From the IMG/VR virus record IMGVR_UViG_3300021964_000017: a DNA stretch of 64,000 nucleotides; one strand, 5' to 3'. Shown in pieces: positions 16,135 through 25,335 of the stretch. The stretch is from a virus. The translations under genes were made by a program, and so were the position numbers. The notes beneath the pieces were generated by a model. The model was not told where the DNA came from, did no database searches, and saw nothing but the letters and a program-made list of their open reading frames with translations. Numbering within the stretch: the first letter of the stretch is position 1; each line of letters begins with the position of its first letter.

Positions 16135-16366
16135 TTTGAATGTTTCCTTCCAGTTTCTTAATTCCTAAAGCCCAGTTCTCTGCAGCATCTTCAACATAAC
16201 TAATAGACTTGTTAGGAAAATCTTCTTCAAAGAACTTAACATCATTATCGTCAAAATACTTAATAAAGGCAACTTCTTCTTTGAAGTCCATCCAAACTTC
16301 AGCGTATCCCTTTCCAAAGTCTGACCAGTATGTTGAAATCTTCCTTTGACGACTTTCTGTGGACAT
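16121..16366 (-). CDS. hypothetical protein
   Basis: ORF track; AAGGAG RBS. Confidence 0.7.
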   Translation of the reverse strand: MSTESRQRKISTYWSDFGKGYAEVWMDFKEEVAFIKYFDDNDVKFFEEDFPNKSISYVEDAAENWALGIKKLEGNIQSALL

Positions 16367-16370
16367 TATA

Positions 16371-17057
16371 CTACTCCTTTATGAAATTGGCAACAGGGGG
16401 ATAGATGTTAGATATAGCATCTGCTACTGCTATCGCAATATCCATATGTTCCTTCTGTGTACCGTTAGCTGAACGAAGTTCGATATAATGAATCCATGAT
16501 CTAATAGTACCATTCACATACAATCTAGAAACGGTATTGCCTTCTGGTAGAACAGCTCGAGCTTGTTCTTTAGCAATACCTGCTTCAATAGCCCAATCAT
16601 AAGCATTCTTAGCTGCTTCGATTACTATTTGCTGATGGGCATGCCACGCTCTTTGAAGATGTTCATCATCTGTCTCAATAGAGTTCTGACGATTTTTCAT
16701 ATCTTGTAGACGGCATTCCCGAATTACAAAATCATTATTAAGATCGCGGACGTCAGCATACCGCTGAGAAAACTCTTGGAATGAGAATGATCGGTGGCGG
16801 AGGAGCTGCCGTGCAATATCTCTGGTTGTTTCGATTTCAATGCAGGCTGATGCCATTTCAAATGGGGACCAGTGCTTGTGTTTAATGAGATACTCAAGTA
16901 GCTTTGGTGTTGTCTTCGTGTTAGCTTGGTTTGCTGGATTGGAGACACGCGCTGCGTAAGCGATGAGGTCTTGGATATTGTCGAGCCCCGTCGGTGCAAG
17001 TTCGCCAGCGTGGATTCGAAAGCTGGGTTGACTATAGGAAATGAGTTTAGCATGCAT
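16371..17057 (-). CDS. thyX: FAD-dependent thymidylate synthase
   Basis: HWSPFE, RQLLRHRSFSFQEFSQRY, AKEQARAVLP. Confidence 0.96.
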   Translation of the reverse strand: MHAKLISYSQPSFRIHAGELAPTGLDNIQDLIAYAARVSNPANQANTKTTPKLLEYLIKHKHWSPFEMASACIEIETTRDIARQLLRHRSFSFQEFSQRYADVRDLNNDFVIRECRLQDMKNRQNSIETDDEHLQRAWHAHQQIVIEAAKNAYDWAIEAGIAKEQARAVLPEGNTVSRLYVNGTIRSWIHYIELRSANGTQKEHMDIAIAVADAISNIYPPVANFIKE

Positions 17058-17170
17058 TAACCCTGACCTCGATTCTTCTTATAGCTACGTTTTTTCGATT
17101 TGTTCATAGAAGACATCTTGATATTTCGTTTGCCAATAGAAGTCTTTTTACTGTTAGTTATACCCTTCAT
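17057..17170 (-). CDS. 37-aa basic protein (not in ORF track)
   Basis: MKGITNSKKTSIGKRNIKMSSMNKSKKRSYKKNRGQG*; GAGG RBS, TAATG-coupled to thyX. Confidence 0.65.
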   Translation of the reverse strand: MKGITNSKKTSIGKRNIKMSSMNKSKKRSYKKNRGQG

Positions 17171-17176
17171 AGTACC

Positions 17177-17659
17177 TCACACTTGTTTGTACCAGATAAG
17201 ATCTGGTCCGGTTTCGTACGTTACGATTGTTTCTGTTATAGCTTGTTTAACCCACGGTTGATTAATGTCATGACCACACATATATCCTCCAGATCGGACC
17301 TTAGGTAGCCAGTTAATAATGTCTTTCTTTACGGATTCGTATTTATGATCAGCATCGATAAACACAAAGTCTAACGATACATCATCAATGTGTCTATGAG
17401 CTGTAAATGTAGATTCTCGTAAGATAATAGAGTTGCTATTAGTCTTACAATCTTCAACCAACTGTTTATACCAATTGATAAAGATAGGTTTATGAGTCCA
17501 CAGATCAACACCATAGAGGGTTAGGGTTGGACATGTCTCTAACAGATGTCTGTAAGTAACACCTTCATGCACCCCTAGTTCCGCTCCTCTAGTAAAGTTA
17601 TTGTCTTTGACTAGTTTCTCTAGCCACAGCTTTCTATGATTATCTGGATGCGCTACCAT
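17177..17659 (-). CDS. class I SAM-dependent methyltransferase (Methyltransf_24-like)
   Basis: GAELGVHEG, YGVD, DFVFIDADHKYESV..D, GGYMCGHD. Confidence 0.85.
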   Translation of the reverse strand: MVAHPDNHRKLWLEKLVKDNNFTRGAELGVHEGVTYRHLLETCPTLTLYGVDLWTHKPIFINWYKQLVEDCKTNSNSIILRESTFTAHRHIDDVSLDFVFIDADHKYESVKKDIINWLPKVRSGGYMCGHDINQPWVKQAITETIVTYETGPDLIWYKQV

Positions 17660-17662
17660 GTT

Positions 17663-19030
17663 CTATTCCATCTTAAAGTCATTAAATCTTTCTGCAGTCT
17701 TTGACTTATCGAATGCAGGTGAATCATCCACAACTCCTTCCTCGGGGTTATCTACATCATACAACCTCATCCGCGAGCGGTCAATGCCTAACACGAATCT
17801 TTTCTTAAAGTTGGGATCATTATATCGATTCTTCAATTGCTTGACCATAACCTGTCCGAGCGATTCTAGTTCTTCTGATGATACCAGAGCAAACATTAGA
17901 TCTGCCGTTGCGGGTAGTCCAAAAGATTCGGACGTGTCTTCAAGCCCAGGATCCGAGCTAGTATAACCACTACGAGTCGTCTGCGTTGCAGATACGACCG
18001 GTACGTCAAACTCGACCGCAAGGCCACGAAGCTCTTCAGCAATTGCTTTAATGTATGTGTAGGAATTGATTGACCCTCCCATGCCTTTCATACGAGACGA
18101 AGAACAGATATTCAGATAGTCAATAAAGATCATCTCTGGGACAAAGTTCTTCTTTAGTTTAAGTTCATTAAGTAGAGCTCTAAAGTGACCCGCATGGGCA
18201 GCTCCAGTTGGATATTCTTTAATGATCAACTTACCATTGCTGCCAGTAGCAATATCTTCTACTTTTGACGTCAGCATAGGTTTAGATATGTGCTGCAACT
18301 GATCTAGTGGTATATTGAGCAGGTTAGCATCTATACGTTCAGCAATACGCTCTTCTGCCATTTCCATGGTAATATATAGGACGTTTCTACCCTGAGCAAG
18401 AACATTACCTGCAACATGACACATAAACAATGACTTACCAACACCAGTACCAGCCAGGCAGATGTTGAGAGTCTTATTAGGTAAACCACCTTTGGTAATC
18501 CTATTAAAGTAATCTAGATCAAAAGAGATACGTTCTTCATCCATATGATAGAAGTCATATCGTTGTTCCACATCCTCGATATAGTCATGACCGACAGACG
18601 GATCAAATGTAACAGCCAACGCTTTGGTCAACAGATCTGGCAAAGCATTCTTAGTAAGACTCTTATGCTTACCATCTATAATACTAATCGATTCCATAAT
18701 TGCATTGTGGATAGCTCTATCTTGACACCACTTCTCCGTAGTGTCGTGTAGCCACTTCTCATCAGCTTCTTCTGGTGCAAAGATCTTTGGCAACAACTCC
18801 ATTGCAGCAGTATACTGATCGTCATTAAACTTATCAGATTGATCAATTTCAATCCTAAAGGCATCAAGGTTAGGTAGCTTATTGTACTTGCCAACAAACT
18901 TACCAGCTTCCTTAAAAAGCTGGTTGTACACACCCTCAAAGTATTCTGGTTTAATAAAAGGAAGTACCTTACGCATAAACTGCTCATTGGTCAGTATGTT
19001 GCGTAAGATTACTTGTTCAATGTTGCTCAT
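17663..19030 (-). CDS. gp41: replicative DnaB-like helicase
   Basis: AGTGVGKS, ITMEMAEE, IKEYPT, IDYLN, SATQTTR, LKNRY. Confidence 0.96.
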   Translation of the reverse strand: MSNIEQVILRNILTNEQFMRKVLPFIKPEYFEGVYNQLFKEAGKFVGKYNKLPNLDAFRIEIDQSDKFNDDQYTAAMELLPKIFAPEEADEKWLHDTTEKWCQDRAIHNAIMESISIIDGKHKSLTKNALPDLLTKALAVTFDPSVGHDYIEDVEQRYDFYHMDEERISFDLDYFNRITKGGLPNKTLNICLAGTGVGKSLFMCHVAGNVLAQGRNVLYITMEMAEERIAERIDANLLNIPLDQLQHISKPMLTSKVEDIATGSNGKLIIKEYPTGAAHAGHFRALLNELKLKKNFVPEMIFIDYLNICSSSRMKGMGGSINSYTYIKAIAEELRGLAVEFDVPVVSATQTTRSGYTSSDPGLEDTSESFGLPATADLMFALVSSEELESLGQVMVKQLKNRYNDPNFKKRFVLGIDRSRMRLYDVDNPEEGVVDDSPAFDKSKTAERFNDFKME

Positions 19031-19437
19031 AGTTTTCCTTCTCTACGCATCTCCGCTCTAATCTTGGTGGCAGATATGTCGTGTATTTCTTTGCCTAAGT
19101 CGTGCTCTGTAAATGTATATCCTACACCACGACCGTAGCTAATATCAACAATGTTGGGAACCACTATTATAACATATTCTTCGCCTAAAGTAAACCCTGC
19201 TTCTTTAAGTCCAGCAACAATATTTAACTTCACTTTATCCATTTGAAATGGATTGTCATCTTGTACTGCAGTACGTCCACCGCCTGCGTCATAGTTAACA
19301 ATACCTGCTACATCTCTAATCTGAATACACACTTGACCTGTTATTGCATGACAACGTCTAAACAATTCAGTGTGGCCATCATGCCACGGTTGCCATCGTC
19401 CCAACATCTGCACTGTGGGTAATTGACTGTTAAACAT
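19027..19437 (-). CDS. HIGH-superfamily nucleotidyltransferase
   Basis: GRWQPWHDGH, ISATKIR; start at MFNSQ. Confidence 0.8.
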   Translation of the reverse strand: MFNSQLPTVQMLGRWQPWHDGHTELFRRCHAITGQVCIQIRDVAGIVNYDAGGGRTAVQDDNPFQMDKVKLNIVAGLKEAGFTLGEEYVIIVVPNIVDISYGRGVGYTFTEHDLGKEIHDISATKIRAEMRREGKL

Positions 19438-19852
19438 TTGGAAAATCCTTACGCATGTTAATAACAAATGAATCGACTTCATCATTAGTCATAAACTTAT
19501 CAACAACGTATGTTTTGTGAATTGGTTCTTCAAAGATTTTATTTGTATCTTTAAACCTTCCTGCAACAATAGTATCCATCCAAATAGTAACATCAGCATT
19601 AAATACAGATCTTGTTGTCGCCAGCGGACAGACAAAGTCACATATCACAGTACGATTGTAACTCTTTTCCAAGTCAGCAAGTACTTTCATTCGATATGCT
19701 TGTTTGAGTCTAGCCGCCTCAGAGAACTCCCAATCATTTGCCATCTCACGAATCTTATCCGCATTGTACCAAGCGCAATTCAATCTTGTTTGAAGTTGCT
19801 CAGCTAACCACGTCTTACCAGACCCAGGTAGGCCCATAACTAGAATTTTCAT
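19430..19852 (-). CDS. adenylylsulfate kinase (CysC)-like P-loop kinase
   Basis: GLPGSGKT, NADKIR, DWEFS..AR, ICDFVCP, FEEP. Confidence 0.75.
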   Translation of the reverse strand: MKILVMGLPGSGKTWLAEQLQTRLNCAWYNADKIREMANDWEFSEAARLKQAYRMKVLADLEKSYNRTVICDFVCPLATTRSVFNADVTIWMDTIVAGRFKDTNKIFEEPIHKTYVVDKFMTNDEVDSFVINMRKDFPNV

Positions 19853-20157
19853 TTTTTATCTTGCTCATTAAGGTTGTTAACAATAATACTTTCTAAGATT
19901 TTACCTGCATACTTTTGAAGATCAATATTATTAGTTGTTAGATCTTCGTCTGGACTATACTCTAAAGTCAAGTCAAAGTTTAGGATCGGTGAGTCATCCT
20001 CCATTGTAATCTTACCAAAGCTAATTACAGATTCGATAAACTCACCTTCCTTAATTCTAATATGCCAATGATCATCACTACCAGGTGTCAACTCATACTG
20101 CACATTCTCTTCAAACATATTAGGAATACTAACCATCAATGCTCTCCACAATTTCAT
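19849..20157 (-). CDS. hypothetical protein at the T4 gp40 position
   Basis: Immediately downstream of uvsX; size and beta/alpha pattern compatible. Confidence 0.5.
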   Translation of the reverse strand: MKLWRALMVSIPNMFEENVQYELTPGSDDHWHIRIKEGEFIESVISFGKITMEDDSPILNFDLTLEYSPDEDLTTNNIDLQKYAGKILESIIVNNLNEQDKK

Positions 20158-21190
20158 CCATGGACACTAGAGACTGGAATCCAATCTGATATTGCTTCTT
20201 TAAGAACTCTTTAAAATCTGTGTCAGCAAAGACTGGATCCCAGAAGGCTTGATCATTAGTGGCATCGAACCGTACTTTAGGTCCAACTTCTCCAGTAGCT
20301 TTATTAACCACAGCATACCAGCCGTTAGCAGGCTTAGTAACATAGCCGCCAGCGAGAGCGCAATCGAGCAAGCCAGAATACTTGCGGACACCCCCATCCC
20401 AAGACACTGTAATAGGAATCTTAGACTTTTCTTTAACATAACGAGATTTCTCCACATTGATTACAAAATGATACCCTTGGATCTCAGTACCTTTCTTGTC
20501 TTGCTGACGACCCAAGATCCAGATATTATCTGCACTATAATAGATACCGGTACCACCACCCACAACGTCTTTAGGGAATAGACCAATCTCTTTGTAGGTG
20601 TGGTTGATAGCTAACAAAGGAATATTCTTCATTGTCAGATATGGAGTTGTCATACGAAACAACCCTTTGAGAGCCTTTGCTCGAGACATATCTGCAACAG
20701 ACTTTTCATTCTGTGCATCTTCTAGTTCTTTCTTCGATGCCATGTTACCAATAGAGTCAATAACAATAATGACATCATCATCGCGGTCTAGCTCTTCAAG
20801 CTGACCAATCATATCGAACTTTAGTTCTTCAACATTGGTAATCGGTGTATGCAACACACGGTCTGTATCAATGCCAAACTGTTCGAAGTAGCTCTGTGGA
20901 CTACCAAATTCACTGTCATAGAACAGCATTACGGCGTCTGGATGCGCCTTTAGGTAGGCACCTGCCATCAGTAGTGCAAAGGAAGTCTTGAAGTGCTTAG
21001 ATGGCCCAGCTAGCACTGTTAACCCAGCTGCTAGACCTCCATCTACTGATCCAGACAGTGCGACATTGATCATCGGCACGTCTGTAGGTGTAAAATCTTT
21101 TTCGTTAAAGAACTTTGAATCAGACAGGATATCCGTCGATTTGATCTTGGAGTTCTTCTTTAGTTTGTCCATAATTGACATGTTGTTCAA
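20129..21190 (-). CDS. uvsX: RecA-like recombinase
   Basis: AGPSKHFKT, FYDSEFG, IDSIGN, ADMSRAK, GGGTGIYYSAD. Confidence 0.96.
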   Translation of the reverse strand: MNNMSIMDKLKKNSKIKSTDILSDSKFFNEKDFTPTDVPMINVALSGSVDGGLAAGLTVLAGPSKHFKTSFALLMAGAYLKAHPDAVMLFYDSEFGSPQSYFEQFGIDTDRVLHTPITNVEELKFDMIGQLEELDRDDDVIIVIDSIGNMASKKELEDAQNEKSVADMSRAKALKGLFRMTTPYLTMKNIPLLAINHTYKEIGLFPKDVVGGGTGIYYSADNIWILGRQQDKKGTEIQGYHFVINVEKSRYVKEKSKIPITVSWDGGVRKYSGLLDCALAGGYVTKPANGWYAVVNKATGEVGPKVRFDATNDQAFWDPVFADTDFKEFLKKQYQIGFQSLVSMDEIVESIDG

Positions 21191-21956
21191 TCTCCCGATT
21201 GTCTAGTTCATATTGTGATCTGTAATCATTGTTAATCATAATACATTTCTCCAGTAATGTCAACTTATCGCTGTGCTTTGTAAACGCAGAAAGATCCTTT
21301 GGAAAGCATGCTCCTCCAAATCCTTGCTTGCCATCAAACCCTGGAACTTTTGTATGAGATGATCCAATACGACTATCAGCAGCAACTGCTTTTATTACTG
21401 TCATAAAGTTTGAGTCTGTTGCTGATATTGTATCGTACAGCTGATTAAAGAATGTTACTTTTAGTGCAAGGAAGCTATTGATTGTATACTTTACATAGCT
21501 TGCCTCTGCTGCTGTCATGTGGTAGAACTCTGCTTCATCACAAAGACTGTTGTGACGATAGAACTGTTCCACTGTAATTGTATCTAATGGGTAACCGCCA
21601 AGGATGTGAAACTTTGCGGACACAAACTGTTCATTAGCAGCTTTCTCTGTTAAGAACTCCGGATTGTATACAACATTATATTGCTCGATAATGTCAGGAG
21701 TTACTGTAGACTTTACAACTACTAAGGGGTGATCCTTTACTCGTTGAAGAACGCTATCAAGGATAGATGTATCAATACCGCCGTCACTCCCCATAGGGGT
21801 AGGTACACACACAAATACAATATCATACTGTAGTAAAGTATCGTCAGGAATTTCTGTATCATATTTTGGATCCACAATGTACCTGGGTATGTTGCTAAAT
21901 GCATAGTCAACTGCCTGGCCGACAAACCCATGGCCAATAATTAAAATGTTAGGCAT
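21120..21956 (-). CDS. UDP-glucose/GDP-mannose dehydrogenase family protein
   Basis: GHGFVG, VCVPTP, KSTV, NPEFL, GFGGACFPKD. Confidence 0.9.
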   Translation of the reverse strand: MPNILIIGHGFVGQAVDYAFSNIPRYIVDPKYDTEIPDDTLLQYDIVFVCVPTPMGSDGGIDTSILDSVLQRVKDHPLVVVKSTVTPDIIEQYNVVYNPEFLTEKAANEQFVSAKFHILGGYPLDTITVEQFYRHNSLCDEAEFYHMTAAEASYVKYTINSFLALKVTFFNQLYDTISATDSNFMTVIKAVAADSRIGSSHTKVPGFDGKQGFGGACFPKDLSAFTKHSDKLTLLEKCIMINNDYRSQYELDNREIEQHVNYGQTKEELQDQIDGYPV

Positions 21957-22383
21957 TACTTACTCTCGCTCTCAGATCGCTGGTAGAAAACCTATGATCT
22001 CGTTTGTTAAAATATATCTCAATACCTCGTGCTGCGCATGTAGCTCTACCAGTAAATGTACCATGTTTATATTCTTCACCGATGATCCGTACATCAATGT
22101 GAAATGTATTCAAGATATCTTCAAGGTCTGTTTCAGTCTGATATGGTATGATTTCATCAACATATTTTACTGCTGATAGCTGTATGTATCTTTCTACCAA
22201 AGTCTGGACTGGTTTGTTCTTTTCTTTTCTATCAACAGATGGGTCAACTTGAATCCCACATATCAAATGATCGCATTGAGACTTAGCTTCACGCAACATC
22301 ATAATATGGCCAGCATGTAGTAGATCAAACGTACTAAACGTGATTCCTACAGTTGCTTTAGAATCTTCCATGTATCTTTCCAA
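21949..22383 (-). CDS. tagD: glycerol-3-phosphate cytidylyltransferase-like
   Basis: TFSTFDLLHAGH, VKYVDEI, FSTSDLR. Confidence 0.85.
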   Translation of the reverse strand: MERYMEDSKATVGITFSTFDLLHAGHIMMLREAKSQCDHLICGIQVDPSVDRKEKNKPVQTLVERYIQLSAVKYVDEIIPYQTETDLEDILNTFHIDVRIIGEEYKHGTFTGRATCAARGIEIYFNKRDHRFSTSDLRARVSNA

Positions 22384-22398
22384 TCTTTAACATGATGT

Positions 22399-22427
22399 AC
22401 TATACCACCAATTTCATCAATGGCCAA
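22399..22427 (-). promoter_or_regulatory. sigma70-like promoter
   Basis: TTGGCC-17 bp-TATAGT. Confidence 0.55.
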
Positions 22428-22455
22428 CAATATTTCATAGTTGTTTCCCCCCAAA

Positions 22456-22644
22456 TCACGATCCCCACTTTTCACGTCCTTGAGTTTGCATTCTTACATG
22501 CCTTGTTGGAAGTTCAGCTTCTTGCTCGCCTAAATTTTCCCAACCTTCGTTTAGCTCTAACCATCGATTCAGTTGTTTGCTATCGTCGAATGTCATTTCA
22601 GTAACCATGCCATTGTTACGATTTATAATAGATACTTTTTTCAT
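22456..22644 (-). CDS. hypothetical protein
   Basis: ORF track; ATGA-coupled. Confidence 0.6.
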   Translation of the reverse strand: MKKVSIINRNNGMVTEMTFDDSKQLNRWLELNEGWENLGEQEAELPTRHVRMQTQGREKWGS

Positions 22645-22988
22645 TTTGTATGACCTACAGTTTCACGGACAATGTCATTATGCGAAAATTCTGCCCAATA
22701 TAATTCAAAGGCAACGCCATCTTCTAGACACTCAAATTGGTGATACACACCAGGCTTAACTTTAGTATACATTCCAGGCTCAAGAATAGTTTCATCCACC
22801 AAGTCGTAGTCTTTCTGCCATACACGAATAAGCATACGGCCGGATTCAACATAAAAGCCATTCCACTTAAACTCATGTAGATGTTTTGAGCATACTCCAC
22901 CTTTATTCATTTCAATCCGATGGAACTCTAAAGCACCATTGGCCTCAAGCAGCTCTGTTTGTCCCCAAACTTTTCCAAAAATACCCAT
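22641..22988 (-). CDS. cupin-domain protein (sugar isomerase-like)
   Basis: KVWG, CSKHLH..K...FYVESG, PGVYHQF. Confidence 0.8.
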   Translation of the reverse strand: MGIFGKVWGQTELLEANGALEFHRIEMNKGGVCSKHLHEFKWNGFYVESGRMLIRVWQKDYDLVDETILEPGMYTKVKPGVYHQFECLEDGVAFELYWAEFSHNDIVRETVGHTK

Positions 22989-23052
22989 ACTTAATCCTTA
23001 TCCCCACCATCCTAATTTAACTGTGTTATGTATAATACTCGTGTATGTGTGT

Positions 23053-23280
23053 CTACATCACTGTCCGTGTAGTATGTTGTGATTTTATTACCTGCTCATA
23101 CATAAAGAATAGTTGCTCAAACTTCCACTCATATAGCTGTTGCATACCTATCAAGGCGTTCATCATTTCATCGTGTGTAGGCTCACGTTCACCGTCACCT
23201 ATCTGCTTGAACACTGTCTCAAGGTCATTACAAACGTGCCAACAATCCATTATAGGTTGTTCAAGGTCGTGTAGTTGCAT
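23053..23280 (-). CDS. hypothetical protein (start revised to MQLHDLEQ)
   Basis: GGAG RBS before ATG at 23280; upstream part of track ORF overlaps the kdsB remnant. Confidence 0.65.
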   Translation of the reverse strand: MQLHDLEQPIMDCWHVCNDLETVFKQIGDGEREPTHDEMMNALIGMQQLYEWKFEQLFFMYEQVIKSQHTTRTVM

Positions 23281-23377
23281 TCCACTTCTCCATATCATAT
23301 GGTGTATTAATTTCAACACCGTTAAAGTCTACTTTACGCAAATGTACTTTGTGTCCATTAGCAATCCATCTTAGTTG
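23261..23377 (-). pseudogene. kdsB: C-terminal remnant of CMP-Kdo synthetase
   Basis: Startless frame [32 protein letters not shown] matches KdsB C-terminal (E)QLRxLxNG...(D/N)TPxD; directly after kdsA. Confidence 0.7.
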
Positions 23378-24146
23378 TTAATTCCTGTATTGTATATTGA
23401 TACCGTACAATATCTTCAACAACTTTTTCAAAATCTTCTAAGCGTATCATATTTGGCCCATCGCTTGGAGCATTATCTGGATCAGGATGCACTTCTAAGA
23501 AGAAGTTACTAACACCCATAGCAGAGGCAGCGCGAGCAAGACCTGGAACGTAATCACGATTACCGCCACTAGATTTCCCATTGCCTCCTGGCTTTTGAAC
23601 AGCGTGGGTAACATCAAAAACAATAGGTACATCGTAATTGTCAAGCATATACTGAATCCCAGTATAATCAACGACCAAAGTATTATAGCCAAAACTCGTC
23701 CCTCTTTCAGTAATCCAGACTTCTTTAGCGCCTTGCGTCTTACTGAGGATACCATCAACATCCCATGGTGCTAAGAACTGCCCTTTCTTAATGTTGACAA
23801 TACATTCTGTAGCACAAGCAGCTCTGATCAAATCTGTCTGTCTAGACAAGAACGCAGGAATTTGTAGTACGTCTACAAAGGAGCGACATCTACTGACATG
23901 TCCTTCTGTGTGAACATCCGTAAAGATCTTAACCCCAAGAGTTTCTTTTAAAGCCTGTAGATCAGGAAGTCCAGCGGATATTCCCACACCACGTTGACCG
24001 CTCATGGATGTGCGGTTGGCTTTATCAAAACTTGCTTTAAAGTAATAATCGATATCATACTTGTCGCACACACGTTGACACTCTTTAGCAATCTCAGCGC
24101 TCTGAGCCAGTGTTTCGTGTTGACATGGTCCTGCAATGATTCTCAT
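23358..24146 (-). CDS. kdsA: 3-deoxy-8-phosphooctulonate (Kdo8P) synthase
   Basis: IAGPC, KASFDKANRTS, QIPAFLSRQTDL, NIKKGQF, TERG..FGY, DVTHAVQ, EVHPDP..APSDG. Confidence 0.95.
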   Translation of the reverse strand: MRIIAGPCQHETLAQSAEIAKECQRVCDKYDIDYYFKASFDKANRTSMSGQRGVGISAGLPDLQALKETLGVKIFTDVHTEGHVSRCRSFVDVLQIPAFLSRQTDLIRAACATECIVNIKKGQFLAPWDVDGILSKTQGAKEVWITERGTSFGYNTLVVDYTGIQYMLDNYDVPIVFDVTHAVQKPGGNGKSSGGNRDYVPGLARAASAMGVSNFFLEVHPDPDNAPSDGPNMIRLEDFEKVVEDIVRYQYTIQELTTKMDC

Positions 24147-24340
24147 TGTGATTGACTCGCTGTTATAAACATCTCACGCCGACCCTCAATGCCTAGCTGA
24201 GCATCATAGATGTCTTTCAATTTAACTTGCATCATTGAAGCCAACATTAAGATTTCATTACGATCATCACATAGCATAATCGCTTCATCAATTGGCGCGG
24301 CTAGCATTAACATTTTAGCAGTCAGTTGTTCATTGTTCAT
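24143..24340 (-). CDS. hypothetical protein
   Basis: ORF track; ATGA-coupled both sides. Confidence 0.65.
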   Translation of the reverse strand: MNNEQLTAKMLMLAAPIDEAIMLCDDRNEILMLASMMQVKLKDIYDAQLGIEGRREMFITASQSQ

Positions 24341-25335
24341 TGTATAACTCCATGCTTGTATGCATACTCTAATGCGTTGTTAGCTTCTACTTCCATAGGT
24401 CTATTCTCATACCAGTTGCCTGTCTCTCTATCAAACTGCTTACACAATTCAACTATCTGAGATGCAGTGATTGGATATCCCTTCTCAACAGCCTTGCCAG
24501 CTGTTGCTATCATAATACGATACATTTGTCTGTACCAACCAGTGGATGAGATAGTTATGTATTCCATTGCTAGTTTCTTCGGCCAGAATGGACAATCGTT
24601 GTATCCAGTCCAAACATACGATGTGTTATCTAGTTTGCCTTTACGATACTCTACAATCTGCTCTCTCCACGCAGGAGGAAGTCTATCCATAAAACTCTTA
24701 GCATCACGTTTGTCATCGTATGGCCAACGAGCTAGAACATAATCGACATCCATAGGCTCAGCGCTATTAACGAAGAAAAAATTATTAGCATCAAAATAAC
24801 TAGCAGGAATATAATACATACGCGCAAAGTCTTTAGTTTGCTTATCTCCGATGTCTTCAAGCTCTGAGTTGAGGGCGTACCAAAAGTGTTTAATTCGATC
24901 TTTTGTAACTGAACCGTTAAGTTGGAATACCAACCGAAACTTTGGTAGAGTAGTAGTACTGCTAGCAGTACTGTAACAAACGTAGGTCCAATGACCAAAG
25001 CGCTTACGAAGCTCATCTTCTACATCTCCATCAATCTCAATATCATCAACATCAACAGCAGCCCAACCAGCCCAAGCAATGACATTGTCGTTCTTTCTAG
25101 TAGTATTAGGTTTAAATATAGCTGGCGTAATAAGTTCAGCGTCTTGCTTACCATTTAGTTTCCTTTCACTTAGTTTGCTTAGGAACTTAACAAATCGCTC
25201 CCAAGACTCAAAGTCCATTCTACGATGGGTCTTATTATCATATACAAAACGTTGTTGTTCTTCCCACCAACGTGGTGATTTAAATACTGTTAGACTATAC
25301 AAAGAAGTCCTCCAACGTAGCTCTTGGCTCAACAT
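24337..25335 (-). CDS. AEP/PrimPol-like primase with helical C-terminal domain
   Basis: AAVDVDD (DxD), YSTASS...PKFRLVF, D..TKD.ARMYYIP; true start likely near gp43 stop. Confidence 0.65.
   Translation of the reverse strand: MLSQELRWRTSLYSLTVFKSPRWWEEQQRFVYDNKTHRRMDFESWERFVKFLSKLSERKLNGKQDAELITPAIFKPNTTRKNDNVIAWAGWAAVDVDDIEIDGDVEDELRKRFGHWTYVCYSTASSTTTLPKFRLVFQLNGSVTKDRIKHFWYALNSELEDIGDKQTKDFARMYYIPASYFDANNFFFVNSAEPMDVDYVLARWPYDDKRDAKSFMDRLPPAWREQIVEYRKGKLDNTSYVWTGYNDCPFWPKKLAMEYITISSTGWYRQMYRIMIATAGKAVEKGYPITASQIVELCKQFDRETGNWYENRPMEVEANNALEYAYKHGVIQ

Noticed and set aside
22990-23050. Possible third gene remnant (...HTYTSIIHNTVKLGWWG*)
   Set aside because: Too short to assign to any family by eye
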